Shown: in pieces, positions 41,156-53,218 of the stretch
Layout: every line of letters starts with the position of its first letter
Position numbering within the stretch: the first letter of the stretch is position 1
Assembly (NCBI GenBank): GCA_009914755.4
Contig: CP086569.2
Coordinates: 28,896,001 to 28,960,000 of the forward strand
DNA: 64,000 nt
Direction: 5' to 3'
Source: the human T2T-CHM13v2.0 reference genome, Homo sapiens
Position numbers and translations under genes: made by a program
The notes under the pieces: model-generated
Told to the model about the DNA's origin: nothing
What the model saw: the letters and a program-made list of their open reading frames with translations, nothing else
The model's database searches: none

Positions 41156-44100
41156 CTGCCAGTCGATTGCATTGCATACTAGACCATTCCAAAGGAGTCC
41201 ATTCCATTCTATTTCACCACTTTCCATTCCACTCTGTTCAAGTCCAATCCATTCCAGTCCATTTAATTCAAGGGCATTCCATTCCATTCCATTCCATTTC
41301 ATGTTATTCCATTCCATTCAATTCCATTCCAGATGATTCCATTCCATTCTATACCATTGCTCTCTGTTCCATTCCATTCCATCTGTCTCCATTCCTTTCG
41401 TTTCGATTCCTTTCCATTCCATTCCATTACATTTGATCCTATTTTATTAAATTGCATTCTATTCGAGTGATTTCCATTCGAGTCCTTTCCATTCGATTCC
41501 ATTCCATTCTATTCCATTCCTTTGGATTCCATTCCATTCCTTTCCGTTCACATCAATTCCTTGCGATTCCATTACATTGGATATCTTGCCATTCGATTCC
41601 ATTCCTTTTGACTCCATTTCATTCGATTCCATTCCATTCCATTAATTTCCATTCCATTCGAGACCTTTCCATTGCAGTCTTTTCCCTTCGAGTCCATTCC
41701 GTTCGATTCCCTTGCATTCGATTCCATTCCATTGGAGTCCGTACCAGTAGAGTCCATTCTATTCCAGTCCATTAGTTTCGACTCCATTGCATTCGAGTGC
41801 ATTCCATTCCGTGGCTGTCCATTCCATTCCGTTTGATGCCATTCCATACGATTCCATTCAATTCGAGACCATTCTATTGCTGTCCATTCCTTGTGGTTCG
41901 ATTCCATTTCACTCTAGTCCATTCCATTCCATTCAATTCCATTCGACTCTATTCCGTTCCATTCAATTCCATTCCATTCGATTCCATTTTGGTCGAGAAC
42001 CTTCTATTACACTCCCTTCCATTCCAGTGCATTCCATTCCAGTCTCTTCAGTTCGATTCCATTCCATACGTTTCGATTCCATTCCATTCCAGCCCATTCC
42101 ATTCCATTCCATTCCTTTGCTTTCCGTTTCATTAGATTCCATTGCATTCGATTCCATTCAATTCAATTCCGTACTATTCAATTTGATTGATTTCCATTTA
42201 ATTCCATTCCATTAGATTCCATTCCGTTCGATTCCATTCCTTTCGAATCCATTCCATTGGAGTCCATTCACTTCCAGAACATTCCATTCCAGTCGAATCC
42301 ATTCGAGTACTTTCCATTAATGTTCATTACATTCTAATACATTCCATTCCATTGCATTCCATTCCATTCCATTCGATGCCATTCGATTCCATTCCATGCC
42401 AAATCATTGCATTCCTTTCCTTTCCGTTCCTATCAATTCCATTCCATTTGATTTAGTTCGATTCTATTCACTTCCATTCCATTCGATTCCATTCCATTGG
42501 AGTCAATTCCTTTCGACACCCAGCCTTTCCAGTCAATGATTTTGGATTCCATTTTTTTGCATTCCATTACATTCTATGACATTCGATTCCGTTTCATTGC
42601 ATTCCATTCCATACATTTTTATTCCATTCGAGACCGTAGCATTCCAGTTTATTCCAGGCTTGTCCATTACACTACATTCCCTTCCATTCCACTGAATTCC
42701 ATTCCATTCCAATCCATTCCTTTCCTTTCGCTTGCATTCCATTCTATTCTCTTCTACTGCATACAATTTCACTCCATTCGTTCCCATTCCATTCAATTCC
42801 ATTCCATTCAATTCCATTCCATTTTTTCCATTCTCTTCGATTCCATTTCTTTATATTCCATGCCATTCGATTCCATTCTATTGGATTGCATTACATTCGT
42901 GTTCATTCCATTCCAGACCATTCCATTTGACTCCATTCCTTTCGAGCCCTTTCAATTTGAGTCCATTCCTTTCCAGTCCATTTCACTCCAGTCCATTACT
43001 ATCCATTCCCTAACATTCCATCCCATTGCATTCCATTCCATTCCATTCCATTCCATTCCATTGCATTCCATTCCATTCCATTGCACTGCACTCCATTCCA
43101 TTACATTCTATTCTATTACAGTCGATTTTATTGCATTAGATTCTATTCCATTGGATTACTTTCCATTCGATTACATTCCATTCATGTACATTCCATTCCA
43201 GTCAATTACATTCGAGTTCATTACGTTACATTCCAGTATATTCCATTGTATTCGATCCCATTCCTTTCAATTCCATTTCATTCGACTCCATTATATTCGA
43301 TTCCATTCCACCCGAATCCATTCCAGTAGAGGACATTCCATTCCAATGCATTCCATTCCATTCCAAAGCATTCCATTGCATTCGATTCCATCCCATTTGA
43401 TGCCATTCCGTTTGATGCCATTCCATGACATTCCATTCCATTCGAGTCCATTCCGTTCCAATTCATTCCATTCCGTTTCATGAAATTCGAGTCCTTTCCA
43501 GTACATTTCATTCCAATCCCATCCAATCCAATCTACTCCATTCAATTCCTTTCCATTCCATTTGATTAGATTCCATTGATTTCATTCCATTCAGTTTGAT
43601 TCCATTCCGTGAAATTTCGTTCCATTCTATTCCATTGCATTACTTTCCATTCAATTCCATTCCATTTCATTTCAGTCCATTCGCTTCCTTTCCTTTCGAT
43701 TCAATTCAATTTGATTCCACTCCATTCTATGCGATTTCATTCCAATCGATTCAATTCCATTCGATGACATTCCTTTCGTTTCCATTCCATTCGAGTCCAT
43801 TCAATTTGAGCATTCGTGTCCATTCTATTCGAGTCCATTCCATTACCGTCTATTCTATTCCCTTCCATTCCTGTTGATTCAATTTCATTCCCTTCCATTC
43901 GATTCCTTTCCATTCGATTCCATTCCTTTCCATTCCATTCCATTCGCTTCCATTCCATGTGATTTCATTCCATTCCAGTCCATTATATTCGAGTCCACTC
44001 CACTCCATTCTATTACATTCAATTCCTTTTGAGTCCGTTCCATAACACTCCATTCATTTCGATTCCATTTCTTGCCAGTTTTCTTCCATTTTATTCCATT

Positions 44101-44703
44101 CCGTTCGATTCCATTCCATTCGATTGCATTCCATTCGAATCCTTTCCATTCCATTTCATTCCATTCCTTTCTATTCCATTCCATTTCATTCGATTTGATT
44201 CCATTCTGTTCTATTCCATTCAATTCTTTTTCATTCCATTCGAATCCTTTCTATTGCAGTCCATTGCATTCGAGTCCATTCCAATCCCTTCCATTTAATT
44301 CCGTTACAGTCCATTCCAATAGATTCCATTCCTTTGCCTTCCATTCGAATCCATTCCATTCTAGTCCATTCCATTTGAGTCAATTCCATTCCATTCCATT
44401 CTATTCCTTTCCAATCCATTAGATTCCATTCGATTCAATTCCGTTTGATTCTCTTTAATTCTATTTTATTCCATGTCATTTGATTGCATTGCATTCCATT
44501 CCGTTTGATTCCATTCCATTCAAGAAAGTTCCATTCCAGTCCATTGCTTTTGAGTCCATTCCATTCCACTCTAGTCTATTCCACTCCATTCCTTTCCATT
44601 CCATTCCATACTATTCCATTCCATTCCTTTGCATTCCGTTTCCAATCTATTCGAGTCCATTGCATTCCAGTCCAATCCATTCGATTACATTCCTTTTGAT
44701 TCC
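41156..44703 (+). repeat. HOR unit u13 (3548 bp). Copy of u9 at offset 12796, including the same 1 bp frameshift (328 aa artefact ORF 42497-43483). HaeIII site lost
   Basis: ORFs 29701-30687 and 42497-43483 are identical. ggcttg at about 42658. Confidence 0.85.
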
Positions 44704-47700
44704 CTGCCAGTCGATCGCATTGCATACTAGACCATTCCAAAGGAGTCCATTCCATTCTATTTCAACACTTTCCATTCCACTCTGTTCGAGTCCATTCCAT
44801 TCCAGTCCATTTAATTCAAGGGTATTCCATTCCATTCCATTCCATTTCATGTTATTCCATTCCATTCAATTCCATTCCAGATGATTCCATTCCATTCTAT
44901 ACCATTGCTCTCTGTTCCATTCCATTCCATCTGTCTACATTCCTTTCGTTTCGATTCCTTTCCATTCCATTACATTACATTTGATCCTATTTTATTAAAT
45001 TGCATTCTATTCGAGTGATTTCCATTCGAGTCCTTTCCATTCGATTCCATTCCATTCTATTCCATTCCTTTGGATTCCATACCATTCCGTTCCGTTCACA
45101 TCAATTCCTTGCGATTCCATTACATTCGATTTCTTGCCATTCGATTCCATTCCTTTTGACTCCATTTCATTCGATTCCATTCCATTCCATTAATTTCCAT
45201 TCCATTCGAGACCTTTCCATTGCAGTCTTTTCCCTTCGAGTCCATTCCGTTCGATTCCCTTGCATTCGATTCCATTCCATTGGAGTCCGTACCAGTCGAG
45301 TCCATTCTATTCCAGTCCATTAGTTTCGACTCCATTGCATTCGAGTGCATTCCATTCCGTGGCTGTCCATTCCATTCCGTTTGATGCCATTCCATACGAT
45401 TCCATTCAATTCGAGACCATTCTATTCCTGTCCATTCCTTGTGGTTCGATTCCATTTCACTCTAGTCCATTCCATTCCATTCAATTCCATTCGACTCTAT
45501 TCCGTTCCATTCAATTCCATTCCATTCGATTCCATTTTTTTCGAGAGCCTTCCATTACACTCCCTTCCATTCCAGTGCATTCCATTCCAGTCTCTTCAGT
45601 TCGATTCCATTCCTTTCGTTTCGATTCCATTCCATTCCAGCCCATTCCACTCCATTCCATTCCTTTCCTTTCCATTTCATTAGATTCCACTGCATTCTAT
45701 TCCATTCAATTCAATTCCGTTCTATTCAATTTGATTCATTTCCATTTAATTCCATTCCATTAGATTACATTCCTTTCGAATCCATTCCATTGGAGTCCAT
45801 TCACTTCGAGAACATTCCATTCCAGTCGAATCCATTCGAGTACATTCCATTAAAGTTCATTACATCCTAATACATTCCATTCCATTGCATTCAATTCCAT
45901 TCCATTCGATGCCACTCGATTCCGTTCCATGGCAAATCATTGCATTCCTTTCCATTCCGTTCCTATCAATTCCATTCCATTCGATTTAGTTCCATTCTAT
46001 TCACTTCCATTCCATTCGATTCCATTCCATTGGAGTCAATTCCTTTTGACACCCAGCCTTTCCAGTCAATGATTTTGGAGTCCATTTTTTTGCATTCCAT
46101 TACATTCTATGACATTCAATTCCGTTTCATTGCATTCCATTCCATACATTTTTATTCCATTCGAGACCGTAGCATTCCACTTTATTCCAGGCCTGTCCAT
46201 TACACTACATTCCCTTCCATTCCAATGAATTCCATTCCATTCCAATCCATTCCTCTCCTTTCGCTTGCATTGCATTCTATTCTCTTCTACTGCATACAAT
46301 TTCACTCCATTCCTTCCCATTCCATTCAATTCCATTCCATTCAATTCCATTCCATTTGTTTCCATTCTCTTCGATTCCATTTCTTTATATTCCATGCCAT
46401 TCGATTCCATTCTATTGGATTGCATTACATTCGTGTTCATTCCATTCCAGACCATTCCATTTGACTCCATTCCTTTCGAGCCCTTTCAATTTGAGTCCAT
46501 TCCTTTCCTAGTCCATTTCACTCCAATCCATTACTATCCATTCCATACCATTCCATCTCATTGCATTCCATTCCATTCCATTCCATTCCATTGAATTCCA
46601 TTCCATTCCATTCCATTGCACTGCACTCCATTCCATTACATTCTATTCTATTTGAGTCGATTTTATTGCATTAGATTCTATTCCATTGGATTACTTTCCA
46701 TTCGATTACATTCCATTCATGTACATTCCATTCCAGTCAATTACATTCGAGTTCATTACGTTGCATTCCAGTATATTCCATTGTATTCGATCTCATTCCT
46801 TTCAATTCCATTTCATTCGACTCCATTATATTCGATTCCATTCCACTCGAATCCATTCCATTAGAGGACATTCCATTCCAATGCATTCCATTCCATTCCA
46901 TAGCATTCCATTGCATTCGATTCCATTCCCTTTGATGCCATTCCGTTTGATGCCATTCCATGACATTCCATTCCATTCGAGTCCATTCCGTTCCAATTCA
47001 TTCCATTCCGTTTCATGAAATTCGAGTGCTTTCCAGTACATTTCATTCCAATCCCATCCAATCCAATCTACTCCATTCAATTCCTTTCCATTCCATTTGA
47101 TTATATTCCATTGATTTGATTCCATTCAGTTTGATTCCATTACGTGAAATTTCGTTCCATTCTATTCCATTGCATTACTTTCCATTCAATTCCATTCCAT
47201 TTCATTTCAGTCCATTCGCTTCCTTTCCTTTCGATTCAATTCAATTTGATTCCACTCCATTCTATGCGATTTCATTCCAATCGATTCAATTCCATTCGAT
47301 GACATTCCTTTCGTTTCCATTCCATTCGAGTCCATTCAATTTGAGCATTCGTGTCCATTCTATTCGAGTCCATTCCATTACCGTCTATTCTATTCCCTTC
47401 CATTCCTGTTGATTCAATTTCATTCCCTTCCATTCGATTCCTTTCCATTCGATTCCATTCCTTTCCATTCCATTCCATTCGGTCCCATTCCATGTGATTT
47501 CATTCCATTCCAGTCCATTATATTCGAGTCCACTCCACTCCATTCTATTACATTCAATTCCTTTTGAGTCCGTTCCATAACACTCCATTCATTTCGATTC
47601 CATTTCTTGCCAGTTTTCTTCCATTTTATTCCATTCCGTTCGATTCCATTCCATTCGATTGCACTCATTTCGAATCCTTTCCATTCCATTTCATTCCATT

Positions 47701-48238
47701 CCTTTCTATTCCATTCCATTTCATTCGATTTGATTCCATTCTGTTCTATTCCATTCAATTCTTTTTCATTCCATTCGAATCCTTTCTATTGCAGTCCATT
47801 CCATTCGAGTCCATTCTAATCCCTTCCATTCCATTCCATTACAGTCCATTCCAATAGATTCCATTCCTTTGCCTTCCATTCGAATCCATTCCATTCTAGT
47901 CCATTCCATTTGAGTCAATTCCATTCCATTCCATTCTATTCCTTTCCAATCCATTCGTTTCCATTCGATTCAATTCCGTTTGATTCTCTTTCATTCTATT
48001 TTATTCCATGCCATTTGATTGCATTGCATTCCATTCCGTTTGATTCCAGTCCATTCAAGAAAGTTCCATTCCAGTCCATTGCTTTTGAGTCCATTCCATT
48101 CCACTCTAGTCTATTCCACTCCATTCCTTTCCATTCCATTCCATACTATTCCATTCCATTCCTTTGCATTCCGTTTCCAATCTATTCGAGTCCATTGCAT
48201 TCTAGTCCAATCCATTCGATTACATTCCTTTTGATTCC
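44704..48238 (+). repeat. HOR unit u14 (3535 bp), copy of u10 at offset 12796, GGCC present
   Basis: ORFs 33144-33668 and 45940-46464 are identical. ccaggcctgt at about 46190. Confidence 0.85.
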
Positions 48239-50492
48239 CTGCCAGTCGATTGCATTGCATACTAGACCATTCCAAAGGAGTCCATTCCATTCTATGTCAA
48301 CACTTTCCATTCCACTCTGTTCGAGTCCATTCCATTCCAGTCCATTTAATTTAAGGGCATTCCATTCCATTCCATTCCATTTCATGTTATTCCATTCCAT
48401 TCAATTCCATTCCAGATGATTCCATTCCATTCCATACCATTGCTCTCTGTTCCATTCCATTCCATCTGTCTCCATTCCTTTCGTTTCGATTCCTTTCCAT
48501 TCCATTACATTACATTTGATCCTATTTTATTAAATTGCATTCTATTCGAGTGATTTCCATTCGAGTCCTTTCCCTTCGATTCCATTCCATTCTATTCCAT
48601 TCCTTTGGATTCCATTCCATTCCGTTCCGTTCACATCAATTCCTTGTGATTCCATTACATTCGATTTCTTGCCATTCGATTCCATTCCTTTTGACTCCAT
48701 TTCATTCGATTCCATTCCATTCCATTAATTTCCATTCCATTCGAGACCTTTCCATTGCAGTCTTTTCCCTACGAGTCCATTCCGTTCCATTCCCTTCCAT
48801 TCGATTCCATTCCATTGGAGTCCGTACCAGTCGAGTCCATTCTATTCCAGTCCATTAGTTTCGACTCCATTGCATTCGAGTGCATTCCATTCCGTGGCTG
48901 TCCATTCCATTCCGTTTGATGCCATTCCATACGATTCCATTCAATTCGAGACCATTCTATTCCTGTCCATTCCTTGTGGTTCGATTCCATTTCACTCTAG
49001 TCCATTCCATTCCATTCAATTCCATTCGACTCTATTCCGTTCCATTCAATTCCATTCCATTCGATTCCCTTTTTTTCGAGAACCTTCCATTACACTCCCT
49101 TCCATTCCAGTGCATTCCATTCCAGTCTCTTCAGTTCGATTCCATTCCATTCCATAGCATTCCATTGCATTCGATTCCATTCCATTCGATGCCATTCCAT
49201 TTGATGCCATTCCATGACATTCCATTCCATTCGAGTCCATTCCGTTCCAATTCATTCCATTCCGTTTCATGAAATTCGAGTCCTTTCCAGTACATTTCAT
49301 TCCAATCCCATCCAATCCAATCTACTCCATTCAATTCCTTTCCATTCCATTTGATTATATTCCATTGATTTGATTCCATTCAGTTTGATTCCATTCCATG
49401 AAATTTCCTTCCATTCTCTTCCATTGCATTACTTTCCATTCCATTCCATTCCATTTCATTTCAGTCCATTCGCTTCCTTTCCTTTCGATTCAATTCCATT
49501 TGATTCCACTCCATTCTATGCGATTTCATTCCAATCGATTCAATTCCATTCGATGACATTCCTTTCGTTTCCATTCCATTCGAGTCCATTCAATTTGAGC
49601 ATTCGTGTCCATTCTATTCGAGTCCATTCCATTACCGTCTATTCTATTCCCTTCCATTCCTGTTGATTCAATTTCATTCCCTTCCATTCGATTCCTTTCC
49701 ATTCGATTCCATTCCTTTCCATTCCATTCCATTCGTTCCCATTCCATGTGATTTCATTCCATTCCAGTCCATTATATTCGAGTCCACTCCACTCCATTCT
49801 ATTACATTCAATTCCTTTTGAGTCCGTTCCATAACACTCCGTTCATTTCGATTCCATTTCTTGCCAGTTTTCTTCCATTTTATTCCATTCCGTTCGATTC
49901 CATTCCATTCGATTGCATTCCATTCGAATCCTTTCCATTCCATTTCATTCCATTCCTTTCTATTCCATTCCATTTCATGCGATTTGATTCCATTCTGTTC
50001 TATTCCATTCAATTCTTTTTCATTCCATTCGCATCCTTTCTATTGCAGTCCATTCCATTCGAGTCCATTCCAATCCCTTCCATTCCATTCCATTACAGTC
50101 CATTCCAATAGATTCCATTCATTTGCCTTCCATTCGAATCCATTCCATTCTAGTCCATTCCATTTGAGTCAATTCCATTCCATTCCATTCTATTCCTTTC
50201 CAATCCAATCGATTATATTCAATTCTATTCCATTTGATTCTCTTTCATTCTATTTTATTCCATGCCATTTGATTGCATTGCATTCCATTCCGTTTGATTC
50301 CAGTCCATTCAAGAATGTTCCATTCCAGTCCATTGCTTTCGAGTCCATTCCATTCCACTCTAGTCTATTCCACTCCATTTCTTTCCATTCCATTCCATAC
50401 TATTCCATTCCATTCCTTTGCATTCCGTTTCCAATCTATTCGAGTCCATTGCATTCCAGTCCAATCCATTCGATTACATTCCTTTTGATTCC
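48239..50492 (+). repeat. HOR unit u15 (2254 bp), copy of the truncated unit u11 with the same roughly 1.29 kb deletion at about 49146
   Basis: ORF 48880-49272 is identical to 36084-36476. The anchor spacing is the same 2254. Confidence 0.85.
49136..49156. other. Same deletion junction in the duplicated copy (offset 12796)
   Basis: Junction sequence identical to that at 36340-36360. Confidence 0.75.
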
Positions 50493-53218
50493 CTGCCAGT
50501 CGATTGCATTGCATACTACACCATTCCAAGGGAGTCCATTCCATTCTATCTCAACACTTTCCATTCCACTCTGTTCGAGTCCATTCCATTCCAGTCCATT
50601 TAATTCAAGGGCATTCCATTCCATTCCATTCCATTTCATATTATTCCATTCCATTCAATTCCATTCCAGATGATTCCATTCCATTCTATACCATTGCTCT
50701 CTGTTCCATTCCATTCCATCTGTCTCCATTCCTTTCGTTTCGATTCCTTTCCATTCCATTCCATTACATTTGATCCTATTTTATTAAATTGCATTCTATT
50801 CGAGTGATTTCCATTCGAGTCCTTTCCATTCGATTCCATTCCATTCTATTCCATTCCTTTGGATTCCATTCCATTCCGTTCCGTACACATCAATTCCTTG
50901 TGATTCCATTACATTCCATTTCTTGCCATTCCATTCCATTCCTTTTGACTCCATTTCATTCGATTCCATTCCATTCCATTAATTTCCATTCCATTCGAAT
51001 CCCTTCCATTCGATTCCATTCCATTGGAGTCCGTACCAGTCGAGTCCATTCTATTCCAGTCCATTAGTTTCGACTCCATTGCATTCGAGTGCATTACATT
51101 CCGTAGCTGTCCATTCCATTCCGTTTGATGCCATTCCATACGATTCCATTCAATTCGAGGCCATTCTATTCCTGTCCATTCCTTGTGGTTCGATTCCATT
51201 TCACTCTAGTCCATTCCATTCCATTGAATTCCATTCGACTCTATTCCGTTCCATTCAATTCCATTCCATTCGATTCCATTTTTGTCGAGAACCTTCCATT
51301 ACACTCCCTTCCATTCCAGTGCATTCCATTCCAGTCTCTTCAGTTCGATTCCATTCCATTCGTTTCGATTCCTTTCCATTCCAGCCCATTCCATTCCATT
51401 CCATTCCTTTCCTTTCCGTTTCATTAGATTCCATTGCATTCGATTCCATTCAATTCCGTGCTATTCAATTTGATTCATTTCCATTTAATTCCATTCCATT
51501 AGATTCCATTCCGTACGATTCCATTCCTTTTGAATCCATTCCATTGGTGTCCATTCACTTCCAGAACATTCCATTACAGTCGAATCCATTCGAGGACCTT
51601 CCATTAAAGTTCATTACATTCTAATACATTCCATTCCATTGCATTCCATTCCATTCCATTCGATGCCATTCGATTCCATTCCATGCCAAATCATTGCATT
51701 CCTTTCCATTCCGTTCCTATCAATTCCATTACATTCGATTTAGTACGATTCTATTCACTTCCATTCCATTCGATTCCATTCCATTGGAGTCAATTCCTTT
51801 CGACACCCAGCCTTTCCAGTCAATGATTTTGGATTCCATTTTTTTGCATTCCATTACATTCTATGACATTCGATTCCGTTTCATTGCATTCCATTCCATA
51901 CATTTTTATTCCATTCGAGACCGTAGCATTCCGCTTTATTCCAGGCCTGTCCATTACACTACATTCCCTTCCATTCCAATGAATTCCATTCCATTCCAAT
52001 CCATTCCTTTCCTTTCGCTTGCATTCCATTGTATTCTCTTCTAATGCATACAATTTCACTCCATTCGTTCCCATTCCATTCAATTCCATTCCATTCAATT
52101 CCATTCCATTTGTTTCCATTCTCTTCGATTCCATTTCTTTATATTCCATGCCATTCGATTCCATTCTATTGGATTGCATTACATTCGTGTTCATTCCATT
52201 CCAGACCATTCCATTTGACTCCATTCCTTTCGAGCCCTTTCAATTTGAGTCCATTCCTTTCCAGTCCATTTCACTTCAGTCCATTACTATCCATTCCATA
52301 AAATTCCATCCCATTCCATTCCATTCCATTCCATTCCATTCCATTCCATTGCATTCCATTCCATTCCATTCCATTGCACTGCACTCCATTCCATTACATT
52401 CTACTCTATCTGAGTCGATTTTATTGCATTAGATTCTATTCCATTGGATTACTTTCCATTCGATTACATTCCATTCATGTACATTCCATTCCAGTCAATT
52501 ACATTCGAGTTCATTACATTACATTCCAGTATATTCCATTGTATTCGATCCCATTCCTTTCAATTCCATTTCATTCGACTCCATTATATTCGATTCCATT
52601 CCACTCGAATCCATTCCATTAGAGGACATTCCATTCCAATGCATTCCATTCCATTCCATAGCATTCCATTGCATTCGATTCCTTTCTATTCCATTCCATT
52701 TCATTCGATTTGATTCCATTCTGTTCTATTCCATTCAATTCTTTTTCATTCCATTCGAATCCTTTCTATTGCAGTCCATTCCATTCGAGTCCATTCCAAT
52801 CCCTTCCATTCCATTCCATTACAGTCCATTCCAATAGATTCCATTCCTTTGCCTTCCATTCGAATCCATTCCATTCTAGTCCATTCCATTTGAGTCAATT
52901 CCATTCCATTCCATTCTATTCCTTTCCAATCCATTCGATTCCATTCGATTCAATTCCATTTGATTCTCTTTCATTCTATTTTATTCCATGCCATTTGATT
53001 GCATTGCATTCCATTCCGTTTGATTCCAGTCCATTCAAGAAACTTCCATTCCAGTCCATTGCTTTCCAGTCCATTCCATTCTACTCTAGTCTTTTCCACT
53101 CCATTCCTTTCCATTCCATTCCATACTATTCCATTCCATTCCTTTGCATTCCGTTTCCAATCTATTCGAGTCCATTGCATTCCAGTCCAATCCATTCGAT
53201 TACATTCCTTTTGATTCC
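50493..53218 (+). repeat. HOR unit u16 (2726 bp), with an independent roughly 0.83 kb internal deletion at about 52682. GGCC is present at about 51953, with an extra GGCC at about 51159
   Basis: ORF 52444-52713 ends ...HSIPLHSIPFYSIPFHSI. ORF 52710-53399 begins MIPFCSIPFNSFSFHSNPF..., and the regions joined are about 0.83 kb apart in full units. Confidence 0.8.
52672..52692. other. Junction of a roughly 0.83 kb intra-unit deletion in u16
   Basis: gcattcgattcc|tttctattccattccatttcattcgatttgattcc. The flanks lie about 0.83 kb apart in u17. Confidence 0.7.

Larger units (their letters stand above)
38595..51446 (+). repeat. Copy 2 of the roughly 16.3 kb duplication, lacking exactly one 3,544 bp unit. 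Offset to copy 1 is 16340 up to about 39.5 kb, then 12796 from 40.98 kb at the latest up to about 51446
   Basis: 16340 minus 12796 equals 3544. Shared private lesions sit at offset 12796 (1 bp deletion 30031/42827, 1.29 kb deletion 36350/49146, 48 bp deletion 38190/50986, novel GGCC 38363/51159). Identity ends at a 5 bp aattc indel at about 38655/51451. Confidence 0.7.
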
